From NCBI GenBank assembly GCA_951406725.2, contig OX597823.1, positions 30,132,001 to 30,196,000 on the forward strand: a DNA stretch of 64,000 bases, written 5' to 3'. A model generated the notes under the pieces. The model saw only the letters and a list, made by a program, of their open reading frames with translations, was not told the DNA's origin and made no database searches. The position numbers were made by a program, and so were the translations under genes. How positions within the stretch are numbered: position 1 is the first letter of the stretch; each line of letters starts with the position of its first letter. Positions 25,915 through 39,827 of the stretch are shown piece by piece. This stretch comes from Octopus vulgaris. Its lineage: Eukaryota.

Positions 25915-26252
25915 GTTGTTGCTGCTGCTGCTACTACTACTACTGTTACTGCTGCTGCTGCTACTACTACTACTACTACTGCCACCACCACCACTACTAC
26001 TGCTGCTGCTACTACTAATACTTACTGCCACCACTACCACCACCATTACTACTACTGCTACTCCTACTACTACTATTACTGCCACCACCACCACTTCCAC
26101 TACGAATACAATCACCAACACCACTACTACTACTACCAAGTAGTGGTGGTGGCAGTAATAGTAGTAGTAGGAGCAGCAGTAGTGGTGGTGGTGGCAATAG
26201 TAGTAGCAGCAGCAGCAATAACAGTAGTAGTAGTAGCAGCAGCAACAACAAC

Positions 26253-26295
<43 letters not shown>

Positions 26296-27215
26296 AAAGC
26301 AGTAGTAGTCGTAATAATGGTGGTGGCTGTAAGTATTAGTAGTAGCAGTAGTAGTAGTGGTGGTGGCAGTAACGAACATGTGACGACCAATAAATCATTG
26401 CCCAACCACCGAGGATATCGTGAAGTCCATGAAGAAACTTCCAGCAGGCACCTTGCTACCACTACAACTACCACCAATACCACAATTACTACTCTAACCA
26501 ACACACTACAGCCACCACAATTGCCATTACAACAATCATGAATCCAGTACCACTAGAACCACCACCACCACCACCACCACGACACCACCAATACGTTAAG
26601 CATGTCTTTCAACTCCATTGCCGCAGGACCACCACCTGCACACCTACTATCTTTAACTATCACTACAGCCCAGAGACCCCGTACTGCCACCACAACACCT
26701 ATACCACCCCAAACTACCATCAGCGCCGCCACCGCCGCCGTCCAATACTATCTCTAGCACCACCGTCACCACAACACCACTGCCATAACAGCACCACTCC
26801 ATTATTAATCCGCTCTCAACTAAAACCACCACCACAAGAACATCCACCATCTCCATCACTACCGCCGCTATCCCCCCGCCACACCATTAACACCATCATT
26901 CACTTGCCAACACCACTACCATCACCATTTCACCACCACAAGAACAAACACCATCACCATTTCACCACCACAAGAACAACCACCACCACCATCGCCATCA
27001 CCACCACTGCCATCCCCCCACCACCACTGCCATCCCCCCACCACCACTGCCATCCCCCCACCACCACTGCCATCACCACCACCACCATCGCCATTTTCCT
27101 CATCACCACCACCATTGCCACTATCGCGACTACTACCACCACCACCACCACCATTCCCACCACCACCACCACCACCATTCCCACCACCACCACCACCACC
27201 ACCATCGCCACCACA
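25088..27215. repeat. Low-complexity (ACC/ACT/GCT)n trinucleotide region with an internal inverted duplication
   Basis: Degenerate triplet repeats. 26140-26372 is the reverse complement of about 25807-26040. Confidence 0.85.
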
Positions 27216-28025
27216 GTCATCAGAATTCTGAAGGATCTTATTGATCCCCTTGTCTGTGTGACACGAGGAATAGACGTTGCCATGGTGAAAGAGTTACCCT
27301 TTAGTTATAAATGTGTTAACACACAATGGCAATGTATGGAAGACGTGTTACTGAATCTTAAGCATGTGTACTCACACTCACTCTCTCTATCTCTATCTCT
27401 CTCTCTTTCTCTCTCTCTCTCCTCTTTTTCTCTATTTATCTATCTGTCTGTCAGTCTGTTTATTTATCTATCTGCATTTCTTTTCTCTCTCTTCCTACCG
27501 TTTCCGTCTCTGCTTTGTTCTATTCTTCCCCTCTCCTCTCCTTCTGCATTCTTGGTTAATGTGCATGAAACAGTCTTCAGCATACACAGAATAGACATGT
27601 CTGCGCATGCATGCACACATACAAGACACGTATACAAGCATATATGTGCTGTGTGTGTGTGGAAGCACCCACCTTACTAAAACTCTGCTCTTTTGGAATT
27701 CTGTACTTAAATATTGTTGAAAAAAAAAAAAAAAAGACCCAGTCATTCCGGGACACGGCATGTAATTAATTGAAACCTCACAGAAACTCGAGTACATTTT
27801 ACATTTTAACAAATTTCGAACCTAAAATCAGATTACGTGTATGTATGTATGTATGTATGTATGTATGTATGTATGTATGTATGTATGTATGTATGTATGT
27901 ATGTATGTATGTATGTATGCATGCATGTATGTATGTATGCATACATGTATGTATGCATGTATAGCTAGCGAGCTAGACAGACAGACAGACAGGTAGGTAT
28001 GTAGGTAGGTAGATAGCTAGCTTGG

Positions 28026-28098
<73 letters not shown>

Positions 28099-28146
28099 GG
28101 ATGGATGGATGGATGGATGGATAGATAGACAGACAGACAGACAGAC

Positions 28147-28234
<88 letters not shown>

Positions 28235-28239
28235 TGACA

Positions 28240-30203
28240 GATATGTTTCTTTATTAGCCACAGAGGGTTGAACACAGAGGGGACAAATTACAAGGTAGAG
28301 CTTTTCTTTTTGGGGAGAAAAAAAGTGGGGGTAGGTTTTCGATCAGAAGGGATCGTAGAAAAAATGATCAATAGGGATCGTGTATCACAGAAATGTCATG
28401 ATGTAAAGTGTGAAGGGGGATACAGATAAGGTTTAACTGTGGAAAGAAAAGCCTACGAAAAAGACCACGGTAACCTTGGTCAATATCGTCACATGTTGAC
28501 ACATTTATTTGCAAGTGAGTAACTCTCTGTTTTAAATTTTTCCGGGTTTATAGGATTATGCTTAAGGTGATTTCGTCATTCATACGTGCCATCCTTGCTA
28601 CATTCACCCATCTTTTTTGAAACATTCGCTAAACAAAACTTGCCTCTCTACTCTCACTTTCCTATTCAAGTGATACTTGAAGAATTTGATGAGAGAGTGA
28701 CCAGAGAGGAAAGAGTTTGTCTCTAATCCTTTCAGACGCGTCTACCAGATACATTCTTTCGCCATAGCCACAAGTATGATGAAAATAGTTCTTCCCGTTT
28801 GAAGGAAGGAGGCGTGACGATATTGACGATAGAATCGGCTGATAAACCGACTCGTCCCACACGTGATAGCAGTCGTTCGACATAAGCACACAGGTCGGAA
28901 ATGGTTGGACATGGCACGAGTGCGTGCAGGACGGTTTCGTCGCTCTGACCGCATCTCAGGCAGGTCGGCCCCATGTTTCTAAAGCCGTGTCTGTAGAGCT
29001 TATCCCGAACGGGTAGCGCTTCTCGGTAGCACTGCCAGGCCAGGGATCTCTGGAAGTTGTGCATAGGCCCCGGCCCGAAAGTCGTCTTGAACAGGCGGGT
29101 TAGGTATTCCTCATCGATGCCCAGATTCGCCCCGAGATCGTCGTCGTACCTCTCCTCCACTAATCCCCTATAGAATGCTTTGGTTGTGTTAAAGTCGCTC
29201 AACGTCGACCCTTCCTCGGCCTCATTTTGATCCACGACTACAGTTCGGTCACGGAGACGAACTGCTGGAAAGCGTGCTTCACAAACGGCGACCACAACTG
29301 TTCACCGTCGTCTACGTAGAGCCGGAGATGTTGCAGTCTCAGCGCGTGTCTGCGCATCATCAACCACGGCATGCCCAGCCCTCCTTTTAACGTGTGTTGA
29401 CAGCAAATGGATCACCTGACCATCGACGCGCATCCTTTCCACAAGAAGCGGAAGAGAATGCGTTCTAGCTTGGTGATGGTAAGGTCGGTACAAGGCACGA
29501 CGGTCAGACGGTAGTAGATGACGGAGGCGATGTACGAGTTCGCCACCTCTGCCTTTGGGACAGTTTCCTTTCGGTCCATTGCCGGGTGAGAGTGACCACT
29601 CTACTCGTTACCTCGTTCCAGTTCGTCTCCATTTAGAGGTCCGGACCAAACCAGACTCCGAGCAACTCGACCGGACCGTCGGTCCAGCGTCCACCGACGG
29701 AGGCGCTAGTGGACGGCATTGGCTTGCTTCTCCAGGTGCCGAGCCGCAAGCCCACTGACTTTTCCCGGTTGATTTTCGCTCCTGTGACCGCTTCGTAGTC
29801 TTTCAGTGTCTCGCCGACCCGCTCGATGTGCTCGTGGCTAGACACTATGACGGTGACGTCGTCCGCGTATGCAGACACGCTCGTCCCGCATCCCAATTCT
29901 CGCGGGATGCCCCTCAGAGTCGCAAGCCTCCGCAGTAGTGGCTCGAGAGTCAACACGTATAGAAGCGACGAGAGGGGGCATCCCTGACGGACCGACCGTG
30001 TAATGTCGAAAGGTCTCGACAGATGTCCATTTACGCGAAATACCGAACGGATGCCTCTGTACAAAGCAGTGATCCAGCCGCGGAAGACGGGATCGAAACC
30101 AGCCGCTCTGAGGACAACCTCCAAGTATCGATGGTCTACCCTATCGAAAGCTTTCGAGTGATCCAAATTGATCAGGGCACCCCCCCCCCCATGCCAGGTT
30201 CCT
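28240..30203 (-). mobile_element. 5'-truncated Tx1/L1-clade LINE: RT, C-terminal zinc finger and 3' UTR, decayed
   Basis: SKAFDRVDH, SVRQGCPLS, YADDVTV, GAKINREKS (29633-30166); CLRCGQSDETVLHALVPCP (28732-29295); AATAAA at 28250-28255. GC-rich relative to flanks, with (GATA)/(GACA)n on both sides. Confidence 0.9.
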
Positions 30204-30205
30204 AC

Positions 30206-30318
<113 letters not shown>

Positions 30319-30319
30319 T

Positions 30320-30560
30320 TTGTCTTCAATGTTACGTTGTTATCGCTGCTGTGAAAGTCACAAACTTTGCAATATAACTGAGCTTTTCTTTTGAGCTGCA
30401 TCAAACTTTTGTAAAACATTTAACTTCCAACATGAACCGTTTACGGCTCCTTTTAGCTCTACCGACTTCATACCCACTTGAAAGCCTCTTTCCATCACGT
30501 TGAATTAGAAAAAGGCGCCATACTGAAACGGTTTGTAATTAAATCGAATAGCAACAATGA
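30320..30560 (-). mobile_element. Possible pogo/Tigger transposase N-terminal relic
   Basis: Minus RAKRSRKRFMLEVK... resembles a CENP-B-type HTH start. Heavily decayed. Confidence 0.35.
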
Positions 30561-31079
30561 TAGATTAGAAATCTGTCGAAAGCAACGATGTTTGCGACGG
30601 CAAAATGTGCTCGGATCCCACAGAGAAACATTGTTAAATTAAAAGCTGATGATATCAGAACCAAAACGAACAGCGTGGCAAGATGATACATATGCTTTAT
30701 CCATTCCATTTGACTCGAATGCAAAGAAAATGGTTAAGTAGTTGGTATTTAATCATTTTACCATATGGTCTCTAAATCACTGCCTGTAACGATCTTGGTC
30801 ATGAACACCATAATAAAAGTTACGCACGCTTAAATCATAACATTCCCTTTAGGAATATTATTTAGTACTCAGATTATAGATGCAGGGATTGCTGTGTGGT
30901 TAAGAAGTTTGCTTCCTAGCAACATGGTCTCGGGTTCAATCTTATTGCGTGGCACTATGAGCAAGTGTCTTTTGCAATAGACCCGCACCGATCAAAGCCT
31001 TGTGATTGGATTTGGTAAGCGAAAACTAAAAGAAATCTATCGTATAAATATAAACATACATGCATATACATACATGCAT

Positions 31080-31244
<165 letters not shown>

Positions 31245-31736
31245 AAGTATAGAAGTTTAGTTCACAGGCGATCTAAACGATTAGGTACGCTAGGTAAGAT
31301 TCCGTAAGACACTATACGACTTGAGATGTTTACCTTGCCTTAATGCTTGTTGTCTTCTTTAACAGTTATATATAGATAGAGTTTATCTTAATTTAAAAGG
31401 AGAAGAAAATGGAGATTGGGAAGTTAATAATTGTTTATTATTATCAGCAAATTGGTCATCTTCACTTACAACCGTTTCCATTAATACAGAATAAACAATA
31501 AATTTACATTTATGCGACATGTGCATTATATCATCAGAGGGGAAAGATTTAACTTTGGATGGTATATGTGCGTTTGTGAATTCATTTTTGCAGAAACTCA
31601 ATGACTGAAACCGGTACTGAAATGTTTTTATAAAATTATTTTAGCATTTTCTACCTTGACTTTTTTCAATATATATCAACTCGTGTTTTCCTTTTCAACC
31701 TTCTAACACACACACTCATATATATATATATATTTA

Positions 31737-31904
<168 letters not shown>

Positions 31905-32440
31905 GGAGCTCCAGCATTGCCGCAGTCAAATGATTGAAACAAGTAAAAGAATATATGTGTGTGTGTGTGTTGTGTTTGCCCCTCCAGCATCGCTTGAAGC
32001 TGGTGTTGGTGGATTTACAAGCCCGTAACATAGCGATTTGGTATAAGAGATGGAAAGAGTGAAAGACTTTAAAAAATAAAATACTGTTCGAGTAAACCAT
32101 TGAAAGTGATGCTCCAGCATGGCCGTAGTCCAATGACCGAAACAAGTAAAGATATGAAAGATTACATAGAAAAATTGTTTACTTTATTAACGGATTATTT
32201 CGTTTTTCTTTTACTCTTTTACTTGTTTCAGTCATTTTACTGCGGCCATGCTGGAGTACCGCATTTAGCCGAGCAAATCGACCCCAGAGCTTATTCTTTG
32301 TAAGCCTAGTACTTATTCTATCGATTTCTTTTGCCGAACCGCTAGGTTACGAGGATGTAAACACACCAGTATCGGTTGTCAAGCGATGTTGGGGGGAGGG
32401 ACAAACACAGACACACAAACATATACACACATATACATAC

Positions 32441-32482
<42 letters not shown>

Positions 32483-32529
32483 GACGGACTCCGCGGAGCC
32501 CTGGGGATCTGCGAAAGTAGTAGTGGGGT

Positions 32530-32720
32530 CCATGATAGATCGTTAGCCACTACACACATTTTTTTCTCTCCTTGTTTTTTCTGCGTCCCTTTCTGTAGAA
32601 GAGCGTAGGCTCGAAACGTAAAAGACTTTTTCTATTCCTGAGCGTTATACTAATACATCTGTTAGTTTTGTACACCACCTGTCTTCGTCTTTTGTTTTTT
32701 TTTTCGTAAGCTCTCCTTAT
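32530..32720 (+). mobile_element. HHR-bearing short element family A
   Basis: HHR 32589-32624 identical to 17251-17286. Confidence 0.82.
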
Positions 32721-32950
32721 ATAAACATATATAGTCAAAAGTAAGAGGGAGTACGATTCGACAGCTGTTTAATGACCACTTCACATGTTTCGATACAACA
32801 TAGACCCACATATACACAGGATTTCAATTTAAGTTAAGTAACGGTTTACCTTTCTCATAGGACTTAGTTTACCTGTATCATAGGACTCAGGTGATATATA
32901 ATCGCTGTCTCCGTAAGTAAATATTTGATTTCGATGCTAATACAATTTTT

Positions 32951-33945
32951 CACACACGAGAAATGCCTAAACTTAGAATTGATAGTATACTATAATAATG
33001 CCGGCTATCTGGTAATTCTAAAGGTGAACGAGTCTATTTCGTACTCTAATAAGTTCTTAATGAAATACACCTCAACAATGTATGTGTGAAGGTGCGTGGC
33101 TTAGTGGTTAGGGCATTCGGCTTGCGATTGTTAGATCGTGAGCTCAATTCCATGCGTCGCCTTGTGTCCTTGAGAAAGACACTTTATTTCACGTTGCTCC
33201 AGTCCACTCAGTTGGCCAAAATGAGTTATACCTGTATTTCAAATGGCCGGCCTTGTCAAACTCTATGTCACGCTGAATCTCCCTGAGAACTAAGTTAAGG
33301 GTACACGTGTCTGTGGATTGCTTAGTCACTTGCATGTTAATTTCATGAGCAAGCTGTTCCGTTGATCGTATCAGCTGAGACCCTCGTCGTGGTAACCGAC
33401 GGAGTGTCTCCGTACTATATATATATATATGTACACATATATATATGCTACATACACACACACGAGAAATGCCTAAACCTAGAATTGATAGTATACTATA
33501 ATAATGCCGGCTATCTGGTAATTCTAAAGGTGAACGAGTCTATTTCGTACTCTAATAAGTTCTTAATGAAATACACCTCAACAATGTATGTGTGAAGGTG
33601 CGTGGCTTAGTGGTTAGGGCATTCGGCTTGCGATTGTTAGATCGTGAGCTCAATTCCATGCGTCGCCTTGTGTCCTTGAGAAAGACACTTTATTTCACGT
33701 TGCTCCAGTCCACTCAGTTGGCCAAAATGAGTTATACCTGTATTTCAAATGGCCGGCCTTGTCAAACTCTATGTCACGCTGAATCTCCCTGAGAACTAAG
33801 TTAAGGGTACACGTGTCTGTGGATTGCTTAGTCACTTGCATGTTAATTTCACGAGCAAGCTGTTCCGTTGATCGTATCAGCTGAGACCCTCGTCGTGGTA
33901 ACCGACGGAGTGCTCCTACTATATATATATATGTACACATATATA
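32951..33945 (+). repeat. 506-bp tandem duplication, each unit holding a tRNA-derived SINE (33085-33410, 33591-33916)
   Basis: Units start at 32951 and 33457 (CACACACGAGAAATGCC) with only a few differences. SINE head GGTGCGTGGCTTAGTGGTTAGGG. Confidence 0.92.
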
Positions 33946-34113
33946 TAGACAGATCAAATTCAATTTTAGCACCGCCGAATTCAAAATATGAATGAGGTTC
34001 GCTTAGCTTCCCCCGCCCACCCGCGTGTGTCTTCAAGTAAACTACAGTGTCTAATACCGTTAGGTGGAAAGATTTGTTCAACTATTCTAGTACCTTCGAA
34101 TTATCGTGGAAAG

Positions 34114-34195
34114 CCATGCCGATGAAGAATATGGTTAGTAAAGTATAATTTTATATTCTTTATGCAAAACCTAATTCAGAAACGCGCATCCATGG
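34114..34195 (+). ncRNA. Hammerhead-like motif, long stem II, U4C core
   Basis: ccatg-CCGATGA-a-GAAT...ATTC-a-GAAA-cgcgca-TC-catgg. Confidence 0.55.
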
Positions 34196-34422
34196 ATAAC
34201 CAGATATTGATTGATTTTCGTTGCTTTACTCTCTGCTTGTGTGAATTATCTTCAAGTATTTTGGTTTCTCCGGGAGACCCCCTTTTAAAGCAGAAGAAAT
34301 AGCTAAGATTTTTGGCTGCTATTTCTAAACTTCGGTGTGTGGTGAAGCAAATCTTTTATTAGTATTACTTAAACTTACCGTGAAATGGTCCTTTTTTCAT
34401 ACCGAATTCTACTTATTATTGA

Positions 34423-34523
<101 letters not shown>

Positions 34524-34534
34524 GTGTGTGTGTA

Positions 34535-34565
<31 letters not shown>

Positions 34566-37500
34566 ATATATACATACATAAGCATATTAAAAGGGGTCTG
34601 TGGGAAAACTCATTTAAATAAAAGGGTTTGGAACCATTGTTGGGAACCACTGATTTAGATCTTTTCAAAACTGAAAGTTTGCCTCATATAAACAGTGGTG
34701 GTCTTAGATGGGTTGGTAACAAAAGGAGGCTCAGTCTGTTTTCTGGGATAAAAGACATGTTCGTGCCTAATATCAGTTTTGACTATGATTTTATTTTTGA
34801 CACAAAACAGCAATTTGAATTGTTTATTTGTATTTCTAAACAGTCATCTTTGTGAAAGTGGAGGGGGTACTAGGTTTCATGGTTGTAGTGCTTTCAAAAA
34901 ACTGCTATGTCGTTCAAAGTTTTGTTCAAATACACATGAACACCCCACCCCCCACACACACACACACGATATCACTATTAAATAAACATAAAAATCAAGC
35001 ATAAATATTTACAGTTACAATTCAAAATTAACAACAAAAGACATTTGTGAATGCATGAATTTAGATTATAAGAACGCTGTAAACAGTAACAAGGAAAAGA
35101 TTAGCTCTTGCTCACGTCGGAGGCTATAATGTAACGATAGATTTGAGAAAGCGCAGGAGAAGGAAACTCGTGAAGACGAGGTATAAGGCCAAAGTATCTC
35201 CCTGTTTTTTTTTCTTTCTAAGAAAGAACCAGGAGAGTAATCTGCGCCTATTTTGCAATTAATGGGTGAGTGTTTCTATAAGTCTTCAAAGGAGAAGTTA
35301 GAGAGAATGCTGGCCGTTGACTGGTCAGATGTATGATCCTTAGTTCGGAAAGGCACACGTGAAATAATGTACTCGTTTTTAAAGACTAAGGAGCAGAGGA
35401 GGTAAGCTGTGCTCTTGTATTATATCCTTGTCATAAGGCTGGTAACACAGTACATGGAATCAAGAAATACCAGGCCACTGAATTCCGCCATCAATGATTT
35501 AGTGCTTCAGTCAGAAACCGAGAATCTTCTCAATCCTAGAGATTTTCCAATCCGTTGCAGTTTTTGTAAGTGTTGGTCAATTACTGGCTGTGATAGACTA
35601 TGCCTACAATTCTGTTTTATATTTCCCTTCTTCCCTACTGATCCTTTGTGAAGCTTTTATTGCAGTGTATGCTTTTGTTCAATATCCTCCCCGCCCTTAG
35701 GATGTTAGAATTTCCCATTGAGAATTGATATATAAAACATCGGCAGTGTTATGTTTATTTATTTACATATAAAATATAACATGTCTTCATCAGAAAGATC
35801 ATACACTATCTATGATACATAACTTAAAAGCAGCGCTGTGGATGTGCTAACGAGTTTGAAACATGGTCGCCCTCACTCACTTCTTATGAGGAATTCCAGA
35901 AGGAGCTTCGTGAGAACATTGTAGAGACACTTCTACCAAAAAAGAAAAAAAATTCAGTAACCGTTGGAAAACCGATTATAGCACTTACTCGATCAGTTCC
36001 TAGTGATATCTGAAGAAGGAATTTTTATATTCCGAAATATTATTATATCAGACTGTGGATAATTAAATTATAAGTTATTATAGTCCACTCTGCATTGTTG
36101 TGCCATTCAAGACACGTTATATTTTACAAACAATGCACAATGCTTCAAGCGAACTACAATAATCTCTTATTTACATATATATTTATTGATTCGTATTTAC
36201 TTGAAACACATTGTTATTCTCCAAGAAACATTCAACTCTTTCGGGGGCTTTGGTACGTCACACTTTTGCTTAACATGATTTAAGATTTTCATTTATTTTA
36301 TTTTTTTATTTATTCATTTGGCTTCCAAAATGTTTTTTAGATTTCAGTGATTGAAATTTTTCTCTTTTCTTTCTTTTCATGTTGGATCCCTCCTTTTCTA
36401 GGCCACTAAGTAAGGAATAAGGTTTTCTTTTTCGCAATTTTATAAGCAAGATTTTTCTTTTCGTTTGCTATGGAGCTTGTTTAAGATTCTAACGCTATTG
36501 AAATCAAACCCAGTTTCCCTCGACACTACCAAAGATACTCTCGTTCAATCTGTTTATTTTCGGATAGTTTTCTTCCACGGGCAAAATTCCTTACAGATCC
36601 TTGTTATATCTATTCATACTTTTAGAAAGCTGTTTGTGTCTAGGTTCATCAGGTGTTTACGTTGATCTATCTTTACTAATTTTGTTATTCCTTTTCTTTC
36701 TATTTCCTGTATTGTTCCTGTTAGGCACCCACCGTCTCAACGTTATCTTTTGTTGTTCGCTCATGACTAATCCTTTTATTTTTGAGTTGTTTTTTTTTTT
36801 GTTAAGTGTCGTGGGTAGCTGTCTATTTGATTGAATATTCCCATAGGGATTGTTATGGAATTCGTGATTTTTTCCGGATTTTAATTCATCATCTTTTTCT
36901 GCGGCTGTTTTTGATTAGCTGTAGTGCTTTGTTTGATTCTCATAAGATGTCTTCTATAAAACTGCCATTATTTTGATAGTCTTTGTTGTGTTACTTTCTG
37001 CTATGGAGTCTCTTATCTGTTTTACATGTAGTAGTTTCCGTTACGTAGATTTCATTGGTTTCTGGTAGGTTATCTTTTCTATGTGGTATCGAGTGTTTTC
37101 TTATATTTTCAGTTATATTATTTCTATAAGTTGGCCTATTTTATTTCAGGCATCTTTTTTACTTTTTATTATAAATCTCCATAAACTCGCGTGTCAGCAA
37201 TGATATTTTTCCCCCACTTCATTTTCCTCTCCTTTCGTATTGCTCAGCTCGTGAGTGTTGCGTACAGCAATAACATGTCAACACTTATAAAGCCTAATGT
37301 TCTCTTTCAAATTTCTTTTTAATTTGGACGCGAATACGAAAGAGACTTACTTGCCTGTTTGTTCAGTGTCAACTTTTGTGAGGACACCGCTTCTGAGCTA
37401 CATTTAAGTATCGTTTTGTTTGGATTCAAAAAATATTATGTTCTGTTTCATTTGTCCCGCATATAAATGATCGCATTTACACACATACTATATGTTATTC

Positions 37501-37799
37501 TATGTATTATGTGTAATGCATAAAATAATTATCAATTGTACATACTGAAATCTATATATCATTAATTTCTTCATTTTCATGATAATTCTGGTTTTGATTT
37601 GGTGTTATTGGATTTATTTCAGATTTTATGAGGAGCTAAGTCTACATGCAATGTTACTATCCAACTACGCTTTGTATCTACTTTCAGTGTGGGTCAGCAG
37701 GTCGGAGAAGGGCAGCCGGAAGAGAGTACTTTAGTGTTCTGATAACCTAGGATCTCTGGGGTTTCCTGTCTGACTATGAATAACAGTTCCTGTTCATGT

Positions 37800-38182
37800 A
37801 AGTAATCCTTTCTACTATAGACACAAGGCCTGAAATTTAGGGAAGGGGGATAGTCGATTACATCGACCCCAGTACTCATCCCGAAAGGATGAAAGGCAAA
37901 GTCGACCTCGATGGAATTTGAACTCAGAACATAGCGGCAGACAAAATACCTATTTCTTTACTACCCACAAGGGGCTAAACACAGAGGGGACAAACAAGGA
38001 CAGACACACGGATTAAGTCGATTACATCGACCCCCAGAGCGTAACTGGTACTTATTTAATCGACCCCGAAAGGATGAAAGGCAAAGTCGACCTCGGCAGA
38101 ATTTGAACTCAGAACGTAACGGCAGACGAAATACCGTCAAGCATTTCGCCCAGCGTGCTAACGATTCTGCCAGCTCGCCACC
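37800..38182 (-). mobile_element. Dimeric SINE family B with an internal LINE-like tail
   Basis: Body repeated twice (GTCGACTTTGCCTTTCATCCTTTCGGG). 37951-38000 resembles the Tx1 3' end at 28245-28295. Confidence 0.8.
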
Positions 38183-38651
38183 TTACTGTTCTTTTAAATA
38201 ATTAAAAAATTATTCACTTGAAGTAATCAAAAATGTCATCTGACTTTGGTCATTTTAATGCACATCATCCACTGTTTTGACTTTCCAGGGATAGCTTTCT
38301 TTCACTCCATTTCTGAATAAGGCTAGTCACGTTGCTCGTAACTTTACCCCGTTCTTAATCAAGCTCTCTAAACGACTTAATTGATGTTGGTCTAGAGTCT
38401 CAAGACACCTACTGGCATGGTCATCCCTGTCCTGTTAATAAGCTGCAGACCCATAGACTTGTTTTGGCTAAATTTTTATTTTACCACCGCTTAAGTATTC
38501 CCTGAGAAACTTCCAAAAAACTCAACAGTGATTTCTTATCCGACATAATTATGTCGTGCACATACACCGGCGCTAGTCACACCGTCTCAGAGCTATATAT
38601 ATATGTAGACGTATGCAGCTATACAACAGTATATAACATAATAACAGTTGG

Positions 38652-38744
<93 letters not shown>

Positions 38745-38768
38745 CATCATCATTATTATTATTATCAT

Positions 38769-38811
<43 letters not shown>

Positions 38812-38894
38812 CATACGGTCATTCAAAAGAAAGCAAGAAAATGGAGATATAGCATTTAATAAAAAATTTATTATCTGTAAAAATCAAACATGGT

Positions 38895-38979
38895 CCCCTT
38901 ACAGCTGTTTCAATTATGCGTAATAGATTAAACAGTAATTAATAGAATCACTATATTAGGCAAAATCTTTTCAGAGGGG
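38895..38979 (-). ncRNA. Hammerhead motif (G8A core) in a short element beside (TA)n
   Basis: Minus: cccct-CTGAAAA-gatt...aatt-GAAA-CAGCTG-TA-agggg. Confidence 0.65.
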
Positions 38980-39827
38980 TAGAAAAAAGATATACCGTTA
39001 GGATTTTGTGTGTTGCATTTAGAATCATCACAGCAGACCATTATATAACATATTGTGTGTGCGCGTTTGTGTGTATGTATGTATATATGTATGTGTATAT
39101 ATATATATATGTTATATATTTTGTATATATATATATATTATGTATGTGAGAGAGAGATGGGGGAAAGCATGTATGTGTGTATGTGTGCTTTCATATGTGT
39201 GGCGTATCTTTATTCACCTAGGTCACCTTCTCAGTGTGTGGGAGCTAACGAACGCTTCTTCCTTATACTACACTGCAAGCAACACACTACAGCCTACACA
39301 CTTCTTACAATGCTGAGCACAATAATTGGCCATTATCGTAATATTGGCAATATGAAACTTCAGCTGATAAAGTAGCACAGATCAATAATGTAGCATAGCA
39401 AGATAATCACTGAAACACAAGATGTGGAATTTATTACACATCAGATTCACTCGACAGAAAAATCGACATCAAATTATTACAGCAGCAGAAAGTTATGCTG
39501 AAAGATTCCAAGTAACCTACTATGATAATTATGCTAGGCACCGTAAAGCATGCGAAATAGGTCTATGTAAGGGCATTAGTTTCTGTTATCGGTAGTGGTG
39601 TGTATTTGTGATGTTGCGTTGCCCTAGGTCATCGTTTTGTTTGGTCACTGATCAAGCAAGTCACGGGAGTAGACGGTTGAATGCTGAGACAGGATCTACA
39701 TGTAGGTAAGTATGTATGTATGTATGTATGTATGTATGTATGTATGTATGTATGTATGTATGTATGTATGTATGTATGTATGTATGTATGTATGTATGTA
39801 TGTATTTATGTATGTATGTATGTATGT

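Noticed and set aside
25087-27680. Thr/Pro/His-rich ORFs resembling mucins (e.g. 26538-27680)
   Set aside because: Degenerate triplet repeats open in many frames on both strands, running into other microsatellites, with no domain or splice support.
32760-32895. Additional HHR-like remnants (also about 9285-9320, 41715-41760, 46015-46050)
   Set aside because: Cores or stems are too degenerate to distinguish from chance by eye.
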